DNA of 64,000 nucleotides from Albugo candida (lineage: Eukaryota). The notes under the pieces were generated by a model. That model was not told the DNA's origin, ran no database searches, and saw nothing but the letters and a program-made list of their open reading frames with translations. The DNA is taken from assembly GCA_040437565.1 (NCBI GenBank), contig JBDOQK010000005.1:682001-746000 (forward strand), given 5' to 3'. Positions 48,798 through 62,281 of this stretch are shown here, one piece after another; position 1 is the stretch's first letter; each line of letters begins with the position of its first letter. The position numbers were made by a program, and so were the translations under genes.

Positions 48798-50933
48798 TCA
48801 AATGCGGATGGTGCCGGAATTCTCCCCCAACTTATCGGATATTGGTTGTAGTGTCCCGTAAGTGATGCTATCAAATATCCAGAGATAACTCACAATTAGA
48901 CTATGGATACCATGCTGTACTTCCAGACTCTTTTGCGTGGTGGTGGCTTCAAGAAGCGAACGAGGATTGGCTTCATTGCACACAATCAGGAGCTGTCTTC
49001 CCTCAATGGAATCAATATTTTCCATCTTCTCCACCGATTGAATTCGATGTGAATCCCCGATTCGGAGCAACATATCGATTTCTGCTTGTGGGGGAAGCGG
49101 TGGCATGAAAGTTCCGATGAAAAAGTGACAAAATGAAGAAAATAATTTGGAGCCGATGAAGCTGGTATCTTTCTATGAGTTACAAACATTTTAATGTATG
49201 AATACGGGTTGGTCTCAAAAGAAGCTTACGGCAGGCGATTCTTGCTTCAAATACATTTCCCGACGATGACGACACATTTGGACGGGACTTTCAGCATGCT
49301 TTGCCTTTAGATAGCCGAATACTTCATAGTCCCGTTCATCTACGCGCTTTCTTCTCTTGGCACATGCTGTAAAGTATCGGATTTGAGTTTTTATCATGCG
49401 GTGACATGAACGCACATTGACATACCTTGCAACCATTCATCACTCACAATCCATCGACCACCTGCAAGCGCTTTGAGATATTTCAATGACCTTTTCTTGA
49501 CATAACGTCTCTTTTGGGAGTTACTCGTCGTGTTCGGTCGTATTATGCTCTCTTGAATGCAGTTTTTCGAGCTCACAGTAGCGCACTGAACAATCAAATG
49601 CGTTACTGATGTACACCAAGTGCTCGTAATCTCGGCACCAATTTGCTCCGTCCACTTTTGTATGGTATTTAACCTTTCGGGTGTGAAGCCTGAGCAGAGA
49701 ATGATCGTCCGAGGAGATGGATGGCGAGGTCGACGCAATTTTCGACGCGATCGCTCAACAATTTTCGAAGAAGCTTTTGGACTCGGCGCCTGAGCCTCTT
49801 TGTGTGACAGATTATTCGACGACTTCTCCGGAGTTGTATCATACATGATTTCATCATATTTTAGATCAATGGCGAGGCTTCCGACAGGTCGGACTGGATA
49901 CTTGCTTTCATGAATGGTTATGCTTTCTGAATCATATAAACAATTCACACGAGGACATTTGAATGATCACCAAGTTCACGTACCATCTTTTGCTCCCACA
50001 CCGGCGTTCAAGGTATCGTCGATTGCAAGAGTGTAATGAGGCAAGCTGCTGCGGTTCAAATCTGCATCAACCGTCGCTGGAGATGGATGCTGCTCTGGTT
50101 CATTCCTCTCNNNNNNNNNNNNNNNNNNNNNNNNNNNNNNNNNNNNNNNNNNNNNNNNNNNNNNNNNNNNNNNNNNNNNNNNNNNNNNNNNNNNNNNNNN
50201 NNNNNNNNNNACATTTGAATGATCACCAAGTTCACGTACCATCTTTTGCTCCCACACCGGCGTTCAAGGTATCGTCGATTGCAAGAGTGTAATGAGGCAA
50301 GCTGCTGCGGTTCAAATCTGCATCAACCGTCGCTGGAGATGGATGCTGCTCTGGTTCATTCCTCTCAAATGGAGACACTATGCACTCCTTTCCGTCTCCA
50401 ATAGAACTTTCAAATGTTGTGATGTCGCTGCAAATCGTATTTTGTGAGATTGTGTCAATTAGTGGTGAGCAGAAAGCATCGTCACGGCTTCTTTTTGGTA
50501 TTGAAGGAGTCTGGTGATCGCCTCCACTACGTGGACTTTCTCCGTTACTCTCTCTCATCGATTCGATTGTCTGCTTAAGTAGGTTTATCTTTGCTTTTTT
50601 CTTTCGTGTTGGAACAACTGAAGCTTCCCCATAGCTCCCTGTCCAATTAGCTTCATCGTCCTGCACATCGCAATGAGAATTGAGGCTAGCAAATTGGCGA
50701 TACCCAGCTACAATATCTCGGACCATGACATCCTCCCGCAAATTACGCTTTTTGCAAGGCGCTTTGCATATTGGACAAGCTTCTTTGATCTTCAGTGATC
50801 GAACGATACACTCGTGACAGAAGCAGTGATTGCATGGCATTGAGTATGGATTAACAAAAGTGCAGAGGCATATCGCGCACTGTAAGTGAGATATGAATCC
50901 TTTGATGGCATCATCTAGTTGTTTAGTACTCAT
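48798..50933 (-). CDS. BRCA1/BARD1-like N-terminal RING + tandem BRCT protein (multi-exon)
   Basis: C3HC4 RING CAICLC...PCNHCFCHEC...CPIC; BRCT1 ILCSGF...VTHLIV...RSLKYLKALAGGRWIVSDEWL; BRCT2 LFSSFCHFFIGTF...IVSYLWIFDSI. Confidence 0.82.
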
Positions 50934-50988
50934 TTCCACCTACAGGATGCTGGTTATTGCGAATTGATGGTAATCGTAACGATTGGAA

Positions 50989-52686
50989 ATGGATGCAGGA
51001 AATGGCGCTAATGTTGTGGAAGTGGATGCATATCTGCGTGTTGATTGGTACAGAGGTCACAACATTGGATTGGATTGGTCAAAATGCAATTGCGTTGATA
51101 GTAAAAAGCCGATGAATTTGCAGCAATCGATCGCACTTGTTGACCGATGTTTGGTCACTCTATGTAGCGATCTCCCGGACTCACTCGGATTGAATGATAC
51201 ACCTCGTGATCGACTTAGTCTTTCTGCTCTTCGAAAAATTCCATTATTACACAACTTGCGAGAAAACTCGAGAAAGCATGCAATGATTTTAGACTGGATG
51301 CAAACGTTTGTTCCAAAAGAAGACCAAGCACTGAGTAGTGATATCCGAGTAGAGGAAGCGGAAAATGATATAACGGAGAATGATATTGATAGCGATGATG
51401 TGCCGGAAGGGAAAGCGAATGGTGTTGGTGAAGAAAAGCAAAAAGAGAGCGATAAAGCGGTAGCTAAAACAATTGACATTTCAGATAGCGACGATGAGTT
51501 CCAAAATGGAAACAATGATGACAAGATAGCAGCTCATTCGAGTAGGGATAAATCTTCGATCCTTGATAGTCAAAGAAAGGCACAAAAACGAAAATTACAT
51601 TCCATAAAGTCTACAAACAAGTCGTCAACTTTACCGTCTATGGAACAGATATTATCGCCTGAGATAGAGGGGGATAATGCAGAAGAGAATGCAGAAGATA
51701 AAAGTGATGAATTTTACATCGATGATCCAGATGTNNNNNNNNNNNNNNNNNNNNNNNNNNNNNNNNNNNNNNNNNNNNNNNNNNNNNNNNNNNNNNNNNN
51801 NNNNNNNNNNNNNNNNNNNNNNNNNNNNNNNNNNTTATTACACAACTTGCGAGAAAACTCGAGAAAGCATGCAATGATTTTAGACTGGATGCAAACGTTT
51901 GTTCCAAAAGAAGACCAAGCACTGAGTAGTGATATCCGAGTAGAGGAAGCGGAAAATGATATAACGGAGAATGATATTGATAGCGATGATGTGCCGGAAG
52001 GGAAAGCGAATGGTGTTGGTGAAGAAAAGCAAAAAGAGAGCGATAAAGCGGTAGCTAAAACAATTGACATTTCAGATAGCGACGATGAGTTCCAAAATGG
52101 AAACAATGATGACAAGATAGCAGCTCATTCGAGTAGGGATAAATCTTCGATCCTTGATAGTCAAAGAAAGGCACAAAAACGAAAATTACATTCCATAAAG
52201 TCTACAAACAAGTCGTCAACTTTACCGTCTATGGAACAGATATTATCGCCTGAGATAGAGGGGGATAATGCAGAAGAGAATGCAGAAGATAAAAGTGATG
52301 AATTTTACATCGATGATCCAGATGTCTACGAAGTCGAGCGCATACTAGATAAACGATCGAGTCATCGTTCCGGCAAGTCGGTCAAGTATCTCATCAAATG
52401 GGTGGGTTACGAGGAGCCAACATGGGAACCAGCAGAAAATATCTCTAAAGATCTGATCAGAGAATTTGAAAAGAATTATGTTCCACGTGATGAGTATATC
52501 GTGGATAAAATACTCGATCGGAAGGCTGAAGTGAATGAAAAAACCGGATTACAAACATACTTTTATCTTGTCAAGTGGGTCGGGTATCAGGACGATACGT
52601 GGGAGCCTGCAGACAATTTACCGCACAATTTACGGCGTAAATTTGATCTAAAATGCTCGATTAGGAAGCGCGTGCGTCTTGATTAA
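50989..52686 (+). CDS. Protein with two C-terminal tandem chromodomains (~368 aa after collapsing the 591-nt gap duplication)
   Basis: YEVERILDKR...YLIKWVGYEEPTWEPAENI and YIVDKILDRK...YLVKWVGYQDDTWEPADNL, with a basic C-terminus RKRVRLD. Confidence 0.88.
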   Translation: MDAGNGANVVEVDAYLRVDWYRGHNIGLDWSKCNCVDSKKPMNLQQSIALVDRCLVTLCSDLPDSLGLNDTPRDRLSLSALRKIPLLHNLRENSRKHAMILDWMQTFVPKEDQALSSDIRVEEAENDITENDIDSDDVPEGKANGVGEEKQKESDKAVAKTIDISDSDDEFQNGNNDDKIAAHSSRDKSSILDSQRKAQKRKLHSIKSTNKSSTLPSMEQILSPEIEGDNAEENAEDKSDEFYIDDPDXXXXXXXXXXXXXXXXXXXXXXXXXXXXXXXXXXLLHNLRENSRKHAMILDWMQTFVPKEDQALSSDIRVEEAENDITENDIDSDDVPEGKANGVGEEKQKESDKAVAKTIDISDSDDEFQNGNNDDKIAAHSSRDKSSILDSQRKAQKRKLHSIKSTNKSSTLPSMEQILSPEIEGDNAEENAEDKSDEFYIDDPDVYEVERILDKRSSHRSGKSVKYLIKWVGYEEPTWEPAENISKDLIREFEKNYVPRDEYIVDKILDRKAEVNEKTGLQTYFYLVKWVGYQDDTWEPADNLPHNLRRKFDLKCSIRKRVRLD

Positions 52687-53057
52687 TGTGCAAAGGCGAC
52701 AAATGGAGCATGATTGATTGCCGCATGTGTTCATATAGAGAAGATAAAGTCAAAGTTGGAAGCGATCATCATCAGAAAAGTGACGGCCAAATATGTATCT
52801 GCCTCGGTGGAACAAGAATGCACGTGCTAGAGTTGAAAGTTATGTAATAGTTGCCTTGAAAAATCTAAAAACATTGATTAAAAAGATCGCCAAATCGATC
52901 CGAATACTTATCATCTAAATAAAAAAAACTTAAGCACTTTTCNNNNNNNNNNNNNNNNNNNNNNNNNNNNNNNNNNNNNNNNNNNNNNNNNNNNNNNNNN
53001 NNNNNNNNNNNNNNNNNNNNNNNNNNNNNNNNNNNNNNNNNNTTGCAAAAATCGCCA

Positions 53058-56000
53058 ATGTCAGCGGGCAAGCAGACACTCGAGCTGGCGAGAGATACCA
53101 ATTCTAGATCAACGAATATACTTTCAAAGAAACGATCTCTCTTCTCTTTATCGAAGCGTGCTTTGCTCGACGACGCAATCGATATCGAAAGTCTACTAAA
53201 CGATACAAGCGACGATGAGGACGATCATGGAACTAGCGATGGTAATGAGATGACGTTCACGATAGAGGAATTACTTCAGGAAGAAGATGAAGAGCAATTC
53301 GTAGATGATGTGTTACTATCGAATTCTTTAAACCACGCTACTTCAGCTACTCCATCGAAGCGACTAATACAGCAAAGCGTTGACAGTGACGACGCATTTT
53401 ACAAACCAGCGGTGATGACATTGTCTTTTGAAAATTATGCAAATAAAGAAAGGGAAGTCGAACAAGCGGATGGATCAGACGGACGCACAATCGTAACATC
53501 ATCCGAGGGATCAGGTAATCACAAGTCAAAAATGGCGAGAATTGGTAGATTTCATGATCCGTTAGCGATTGCTGAGGCGAAGGAGCGTCAACTTTTGAGC
53601 TGTGTGGACGTTCATCTGATATCACCGCTACAAATCAAACGTCGATCTCGATCTCATAAACAGCGAGCGGAAAATAAAGCGAAAAAAAATGAAGCAAAAC
53701 TGATTGGAAAAGAGAGAATTTTATCTTCGATCAGTGAGAAGATAGAAGATCAGAGCAATGTCAAATTTTCTGGCGTCATTCAGGTGCAGGCACTTGATGT
53801 TATCAGCAAACAGCTGAAAAAGAATATCGAGTTTAAAGAATTTGGCCCGGGATCGCCGACAGTCATCGCCATTCATCCCAAATTTATCGCTATTGGAACA
53901 TCCAAAGGACTTGTGATCATTTTCGACCATTTTCAAAACGTAAGTCTCCCAAAATCTTGAAAGGAATTCTATTATGTTATGAACTGCTTGTAGATTCGTC
54001 AGGTTCTAGGAAATACTGTGGATCAAAAAGCTGACGGACCTGTCACCGCTATTGATGTGTCTCACGGCAGTGATTTCTTAGTTTGCGGGTATCAGAGTGG
54101 ACGTATAGTTTTGTGGGATATGATCAAAGGAAGCTCACTGAAAGCAGACGCTGAAGCACACGAGTCACCTGTTGTTAGCCTTCATTTTGTCAAGGATCAA
54201 AAACCGATTCTGCTCTCGGTTGATTCCGAGTAAGTGTTCTCATCCAATTCTTTTCACAAGCTGATCTCTACGTTTATCAATAGGGGCATCGTCAATCGAG
54301 TAAATTTCAATAAAGTGATGGGCATGGTGTATGTTGTCGATACGGATCCGATTTACGATGGCTCCGTTGGTAAGATTCTGGCGACCTGTATCTTGCCTCA
54401 GTCTGCCCCTGGCCAAGCGAAAATCTCGAATGTTATGGAACAATACTCGATCGTAGCGCTAAGTAATGAAAAAGTCACCTTTATTGTCGCATTAGAGCCT
54501 GTCGTCAAAGTCATCTTTCGTTGGCCGCGACCAGCTGATGTCAGTGATGAAGATCCTGTCCTACCATCCTTGGCATTTTCATGGGTAGCGTTTCCCGGAA
54601 GCACTCGGTCGGTAGCACCAATACTGGCACGAGCATGGGGAAAACATGTTCAATTTTTGGAACTGATACTTACCGGTGGTCCAAATCATTCTCACTCTCG
54701 CCATGGCTGGCCAACGTTTGAAGAGCATGCTCCAGTGGAAAATGCACAGGATGTAATGGCTATCCAATGGCTCGGCGAACAAATTGTCGCATATTTAAAT
54801 GCAAAGGATGAAATCTGCGTGTACGATGTACTGTCGAGGCAAGAGCTTGAGATTGTGGACGTGGCCTCATTGGATCTTGTTTTCGCATCATACCGTGGGA
54901 AAAATGCGAGAAGTTTTTCCAACAGCTTTCGTGCGTGCGATAATGGCTTATACTTGTTAGGCCTCCAAGAGCTCAAATCTGCGCGCGTGCAACCTTGGAC
55001 ACAGCGTATTGATACTCTGATTGATCAAGGAGAATGGATGGAAGCATTGGCGTTAGCACTCGACAATTTTGAAGGGATGAAAGAAGCTGCGATGAAACGA
55101 GCGGAACGAGATCGTTTTCCACCGGTCTTTTTTCGTGATAAACACAACGATCAGTGTCTCGTCGATATTCTTCGCATGTGTCAGATCAATCAGCGTACAG
55201 GCGAAATTCAAGATGTTTTCAGACATGAGGACAGCGCACAAAAAGTTCGTTGGACGTGCGGAGATGAGACGTATCTCCCGGATTTCTGTATTAAACTTGA
55301 AGAAACTCTACAGAAGGCTCGTAGTGGTCTAGTCACCAAAGCATTCGTTCCCATCAGTGTCGCAGAACGTGTGGCAGATCTGCTTATGGAATATGTTCGC
55401 CTCGCGATCGCCAATGCTCCCAATTCCGCACTGATACCAGAGAAGGCAGAGATCAGACTAGATCTCTCAAAAAGCCATTACCAAATGCTCGCCGGTGTTT
55501 GCATTGAATATTGCGCGATAATCAATCGTATGGATCTCCTTTTTAGTGAGATATATCGACGATTCTCCGAATGTGATAAAGTCGATGTATTTGTGGAACT
55601 GCTAGAGCCTTTCATCCTGTGCGACCGAGTACAACGACTATCTCCAGAAGTGATGCAAACTTTTGTCACACATTTCAAGAAATCGAACAATCTCGCTCGG
55701 GTGGAGCAGTGCCTGCTTCATCTCAATGTGAAAGAGACGGATCTTGATATGACAGTCAAATTGTGTCGTGAGCACCAGCTCTACTCTGCTCTGGTATACA
55801 TCTACAACGAGGGCTTGGACGATTACGTTTCTCCGATTGATACATTGCTGGACGCGTGTACGTCGAATGTTAAAGAAGCCTCAATATCTGTCGACACGGA
55901 CGATGCATCCAATTCGATCAATCTCCTTGAAGCTCAAGAACGTCAATGTCGATTATATGGCTACAAACTGCTTTTGTATATCTCGTACTCATTCAAAGGG

Positions 56001-58520
56001 CAAACATTCCCACGAAACGATCAAATCTCATTACGCAAACTCAATCGGATACGGGCGGAAATCTACACTCATTTATTCATGAAGAACGTCGATGATAACG
56101 ATCGATTGTATCCTCGTTTGATGGCTTTAATCGAATTGGATGCCAAAGTATTCCTCGACATTATACGTCGAACGTTTGATGATTCAACAATGGAATTTGA
56201 AGGCGATAAAATTGAAAGTACGACTCGGTCGATGACGCGATATGACTCAGCACGCAATGGGATGACTATCAAATGCCCGAACCGATTATCCATCTTGCTT
56301 GCACTGAGGGAAGTGATATTTGGTCCAAAAGGCATTGAAGACCTTTCCAACAGCTACTTTAGCTCATTAGAATACAGTCTTTTCTTCATGTTTGAAGCTC
56401 GACTTCTCAGTGCTGGATCTATTGATGTACAGGAATATGCTGACGCAAGAGCCAAATCTAGAATGACCGCTACAGACCCTTCCAACGGTTCTGCTGGTAA
56501 ACAAGACTTAATGATGGATTCATTGATGAATTTCTTAGCGCTTGGCCCGGTCACATTTGCAGCAAATATGCAGGCACTATCAGATTCACAAATCGCAGTA
56601 GCGGCTGAAATCGATGGATTTGATAAGAAAGTTCGCGAAGAGATTCTTGTCCGACTGCTCCAGAAACTCGACAGGAATTATTATAATCCCAATCTTTTAC
56701 TACAAAATGTGGAGCGATCGAAAATGAACCGTGCAGCAGTGATACTCAATAAAGACAGAGGAAATGTCATACAAACCATCGCTTCCTACCTCGCGGACGA
56801 AGAAATCGACTATCGAATTGGAGTATTTAAGTACATCCGACTGGAGACAGAACGATCGAATTATGACAGCATGAGGTCCGATTCAACACAACACCTCAGC
56901 ACGAATCGAGATACTATCGAGCAAGCCGTATTGCAATACGCACCTGCTCTCATGGAAACAGATACGTATTCGTTTGTGCTGATGATCTTGAGCCTGTTCC
57001 CTTCACTCAATAGTAAAGTGATTCAGAAATTTCTCGCGATGGGAACAGATGGTACCAAGCTGGAATATCTCTACCTGAGAAATATCTTGTATCATCAATC
57101 GAGTCAAAAAGGCTCGGATGATAGCCTTGTTGATTACGAAGAGGAATTTGAACGTGAATTACTCGAAGGAACGAAACCACGCCTTGCTGATGATCCAGCG
57201 GTACAGGAACGATTCATTCGACTTCTTTGCGAGTTTGAGCCAGAAAATCTATTCCATTACTTGGAGACTCACGATACGTATCGCCTTGACACAGCATTAA
57301 AACTCTGTCGTGACTTTGGTATCACAAATGCTGAAGCGTTTCTCCTCGAAAGAACGGGAAATGTCACCGGGGCGTTATCTCTCATTTTACAATCGTTGGA
57401 GCAAAAGCTGAGGGTTTTGAAACCCGCACTGAGAAGCTCAAATGTACAAATGGGTGCGTCGGATGCTCGGGGTACTTCAGGATTTAGGCAAGGCTTTGAT
57501 CCATACGCCTGCGGAACTCCAAAAGAAGGCATCATTCAAAGTGTTGCGGAAGGAAGAGATGCTTTGCAGACATTGGATGTCGCTGTTGCAATGTGTCAGC
57601 GAAATTCATTACGAAATCGCGATGAGCAAGCGGAAAAACTATGGTTTACGTTGTTGGATAAACATCTGAGAATACAGGCGTCTGTGAAGAAATCGCTGGT
57701 TCATTCGACATCGTCACTTACAGCTCGCGGTAGCTCACAAACCGCGTTTCAAGTCGCGTTAAACGAATTGATTCGAATCATTTTGGAGCGTATGGCGTCA
57801 TGTGTCGCTCTAAAATCGATTTTATTCAAAATAGTGAACGAACACGGAAGAGGTGCCTTCGGAGACTTCCGTCCCACACTTCACGGGATGCTGGACACGT
57901 ACAACTACGAGGAAAGCATTTATCATAGTGCCAATGAGCTGATCAGCACGGATTTGTATGAGCAAGTCCAGCATTTAAAACGGAATCGTTCTCGATGTTA
58001 TGCGGCTCCATCAGACACCTGTCAATATTGCAATGTCTTATTATCCAAGCCGCCTTTTGGTATGGCGCATACGAGCGGTAGTAATGCGAAATGGAACAGC
58101 CTCATTTCTATGGTGATGTGTACAGGAGGCTACATGTTCCATGAAGCGTGTGGAAAGGCTTGGATGAGTCGTGCTGACAACAGAGTTCAACTGCATACTG
58201 AAAGTGCGCCAGGAATGGATTTTGTAAAAGGAGAGACTGATGTTTCTGGCATGAAAAACCCCAAGCGACAACTTAACACACGAAGGTACTTGAATCGGAT
58301 CAAAAATGCTCGCAATGGACTGCATGAAGTGGTACCGGCACATTCGATTCTCCAAAGTTTATCTCAAAAAGAAGCAACTATCCGATATCGAAAGCGTCCG
58401 GGCAATCTATTTCCGCTTCGTCCGAATTCGGAAGGAGCACAGCCACACCAAATGAATGGAAATCGTCGGCCCAACAGTGTGCCTCGTGAAGCTATTTTGA
58501 GAGGCAGTATTCGGAATTGA
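53058..58520 (+). CDS. VPS8: Vacuolar protein sorting 8 (CORVET subunit); introns 53940-53993 and 54230-54283
   Basis: Acidic N-terminus; WD40 repeats (GSPTVIAIHPKFIAIGTSKG, GYQSGRIVLWD); clathrin-repeat-like region (LCREHQLYSALVYIYN, AFLLERTG); C-terminal RING-like CQYC...FHEAC. Confidence 0.88.
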
Positions 58521-58625
58521 ACGATATGATCTCTGCGCGCCAACAGATTCACGTCGCCTCATAGCAATATATTGCGTTATGGGATCTATCAGGGGACCAA
58601 TTGGGAAATGCAAACAAAACAACCG

Positions 58626-59366
58626 TCAACCTCTCTTCTGGCAAACATAATCGAAGGACTTTGGTAATAGGTGCTTTGTAGTACGGGTAGCTCTCTCGGT
58701 CATGTAGGCTTCTCGTATTCGTTCCGCTTGCAATGGAGGTGGTGGGAATGTAGGCTGCTCTTTCATTTTCGCTTCAATCGCATAGATTTTCACTTTGACC
58801 GCGTGTTTTCTGTTTAGTATTTCTTTGACGGGCGATTCTTGTTTTACATCATCTCCTTTTGACGTTGGGCTATGTCTTTTACATTCAAGCATCTCAATTG
58901 CTTTCCTGACAGTTGGAAGTGCTGAGATTGTGAGCTTTCCTTGCGATCGTACGGGTCCGCTCGAGTCTTCTCCTGGCGCTTGTTGGGGCTCTTCCTTTAC
59001 CGATTCTGCTTCTATCTCCGCTTTGTTCACTTGATTATCGGTCGTTTTCAGACGTTTTCTAGGAAGCGTATGCGATACAAACCTTCTGCGAGACTCTGCC
59101 TCGATACAAGCGTACACATCTTGCTCTTCTTCGGTGCTGGAGTCGCAATGACCCTCAAAAGCGCTCACGATCACCCCAGCCGATTGTGATTCGTGCTGGA
59201 GCGCTATGCCTTCATTGACACTAGCCAAAGCCATTTGATACGCTCGATCAAGATGCAGCCGGTGAATCGCCGACGCTACAGTGCAGACAATGACATTTCT
59301 GATACTGCGGAAGCTTCGCGTCAAGAACATGAGAAATAATCGCACAAATTTGCGACTTTGAGACAT
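58626..59366 (-). CDS. Hypothetical protein (246 aa)
   Basis: Long ATG-initiated ORF filling the space between VPS8 and IFT88. No recognised motif. Confidence 0.55.
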   Translation of the reverse strand: MSQSRKFVRLFLMFLTRSFRSIRNVIVCTVASAIHRLHLDRAYQMALASVNEGIALQHESQSAGVIVSAFEGHCDSSTEEEQDVYACIEAESRRRFVSHTLPRKRLKTTDNQVNKAEIEAESVKEEPQQAPGEDSSGPVRSQGKLTISALPTVRKAIEMLECKRHSPTSKGDDVKQESPVKEILNRKHAVKVKIYAIEAKMKEQPTFPPPPLQAERIREAYMTERATRTTKHLLPKSFDYVCQKRG

Positions 59367-59453
59367 TAATTATTGATGCGACAGGAGGAAAGTTAAAGAG
59401 TTCCTTCTCACAAATAACAAGTGCGACAATCACTTTCTATAATCCGAAGCCTT

Positions 59454-62182
59454 TTAGTCTGCTAACAGATTACTCACATCCGCATCGCCCCATTCGTCGC
59501 CATCTACGAAAAAAGAATGAGATACAAATGCCATCAGACATCACCAAGTACCTTCATTGCGCTTGGCGCTGCGATCCGATGGAGATTTCGCATTCAATAG
59601 CGTTTCCACATGGAAACTTGGCATTTGTTCGGCTCTTGAAGCATCGCTTTCACGAGACTGAGAAGGCCGAAATGAAGGACGAGTATAATTCTGCTCGTAA
59701 TTGCTTGGCCGAGTGTCAACACTGAGCGTGTCATTATCTTTTTGTTTGTAATTCTCAGTCTCTGGGCTGCCTTGACACTCACTAATGTTTTGATTAACGG
59801 CTTCTTCACGCTCTAACTTGGATAATTGATGCTGATAGACATCGTACTGCTGACCGAGATCCTTGGAGATCACAACCAAGTAACGGAGGCATTCGAGATT
59901 ATCTGGAAAATCTTGATGAATTTGCTCATACAAAACAATGGCGCGCTGGTACGCTCCCATTCGACGAAAGCAGCTTGTGACCATCAATCGCCATTTGACC
60001 TCAGCGGGCTGAATCTGACTCGCACGCTCGAAAAACTGAATTGCTTTCTCATACAACTCGCTCTTCACGTACCACACTCCGAGCCACGCGATGACGTCGA
60101 GATCCACTGGGAAATAGCGATAAGACTCCAAATGATAATGGAAAGCCTGCGTTTCATCGTCATCTTTATTGAATATTTGACCCAACCGTGCGAGAATGCC
60201 GGGATCAGCAACGTGTCTTCCAGAAAGACCTGCTTTTTCTCCATTTTTCCCACGTTTCGATCGTTCGTTCTCGCTTGAAGAATTTCCAAAGCAAGACACT
60301 GAAATGTTGAACCATTTTGCTGCCTGACGATAGTCACCAATCATGTCGTGAATATTGGCAATTTGGTAGAGGACTTCGGTGTTGCTTGGTAAGATGCTGT
60401 GTAGCTTTTCAAAAGCTTGTAAAGCTTCGTTCAAAACACCCATCTTTATGTTCACAAGCCCTAAATTGTAAATGGCTTCGATACAATCCGCTTCGACCCC
60501 AATTGCCTCCAAGTACAATTCCTTTGCCCGTTCGCAATCGTTTTTCACGCACAAACAATTAGCCTTATTCACCAGCGCTTTTGCATTATATCTCTGATGA
60601 CGTACGGCCATGGTCGCATACTTATCCGCTTGACTCCAATCGCCTTCGATAAAGTAAAGAAAGCTCAGATTCGTGGCAGCCATCGCTTTGTGTACGGCGT
60701 CTTTCTTCTCAAAAGCTTTAAGAACTTCAATGGCTTTATCGAAATCCTTCTCGCGAAGGAAAAAATGTGCTTTACAAATTTCCATCTCACTTGCAAGGGA
60801 CTCATGGTTTTCTTGATTGAGTGCATCGATGATCCAATTGTACCCGGCCAACCAGTCCTTCTTATCCAACGCAGGAGCACATAATTTTGATGCGACTAAT
60901 ATGTAATCTGTGGCTTTTTTTCTCCGTAACCGAATCTCAGCTTTCAGTCCGTCTGCCTTCGCGAGCGTTCCTGGACTCGAAGCCTTTGCGAGTGACTCGG
61001 ACGAATGAGAATTGGATAGCAATTGGGCCTTTTGCTCTTGATCTTCCTCTTCTTCTTCTGCCGACATTGTATCCATGGGAATGCTGATGAGACTCGAGAA
61101 TCCACGTCTCATCTTATCATGCTCCCCGATCGCGTAATAGCATATGATGAGGTTGAAACCAGCCTGAAAGTCCGCATTGGACTCCATAATGTCTTCAAAC
61201 GTGCACGCTGCATCTTGATAATGCCCCAATTTGATCTGTGCGGCTCCGATATTGCGTTTGATTCTATATCGAATGTCTTTGCTTGTGCCTGGAATCTGAT
61301 CCAACGCCATGCGATACATGCGAATGGCTGTGGGGTACTGCTGCTCTTCAAAGTAAATGTTCCCCATATTCACACGTAATCGCCCTCCATTTGTGTACTG
61401 CTTATTCTTCACGATCGACGTGTACGACTGAATTGCTTCTTTCCACATTCCATTGAGATGGAAGGCATTGGCAAGTATGAAAAACACAGCAAATGTGAGC
61501 TCGATATTGAACAAATCTGAGAGAGTCTGAGCCTCGCAATACTTGGTGAATTGTCGTTCTTTACGACCTGCATCTTTTGCTAAATGTAAGGCTTCCTCAT
61601 ACTTTTGGCATCGAATCGCATCTGCAGATTGTTCGATCAAAGAATGAACAGCATTCTCCATATCCTTTGCCACTTCTTTTGGTGCATTTTCATTGCTTCC
61701 GCGAAGAGATAAAGACCCACCGCTTTTGCGGCTATCTCCCATAGGATCAAAAGACCTCTGCCCACTTGCAGTCTTTGGATTGCTCTTCCCATATCACAAA
61801 ATCTCATCAGATCAATTGCTTGGAAGTGAAAGAGCATACCGAGAATCCTGCACCTGATACAGATGTCATAGGCCTCGCTCCATCCGTTCCGCGTGAGGCA
61901 GTTCCAAGCCTCGATGCAAGACCTTGCCGACCCATCTGAGTTGCGCCACTAAACACCTAAAGGGTTAGTATGGAAATCGAAGAAGTGAATATAAGCATAC
62001 CGATAGGCGGTGCCTGGTGTATTGTATCGAGAAGAAGGATATGCTCCATAAGAAGACTGATAGTCGCCTGTCTGCGGCGGTACCAGATCAATGCTGTAAT
62101 TGAAACCTTCGTACAAATCTTCATCATCATCCGTCCTGAATGAACCACCAGCTGAGCTATAAGCGTAGGTCTCTCCACCCAT
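59454..62182 (-). CDS. IFT88: Intraflagellar transport protein 88 (multi-exon TPR protein)
   Basis: N-terminal DDEDLYEGFN; GRLRVNMGNIYF...AIRMYRMALDQIP; AATNLSFLYF; DPGILARLG; AFHYHLESYRYFP; KWRLMVTSCFRRMG; terminal exon DEWADADVSNLLAD*. Confidence 0.95.
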
Positions 62183-62281
62183 TACGTCGTCGAAAGGAGC
62201 AAACTCTCTCGCCCGTTCAGATGATCCAGAAATAGAGCACAACACGACTCAACATAACGACGTAAATCGACGCGATTGCGC

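Noticed and set aside
51244-52325. Internal repeat in the chromodomain protein
   Set aside because: A 491-bp gap-flank duplication plus 100 N that happens to keep the frame.
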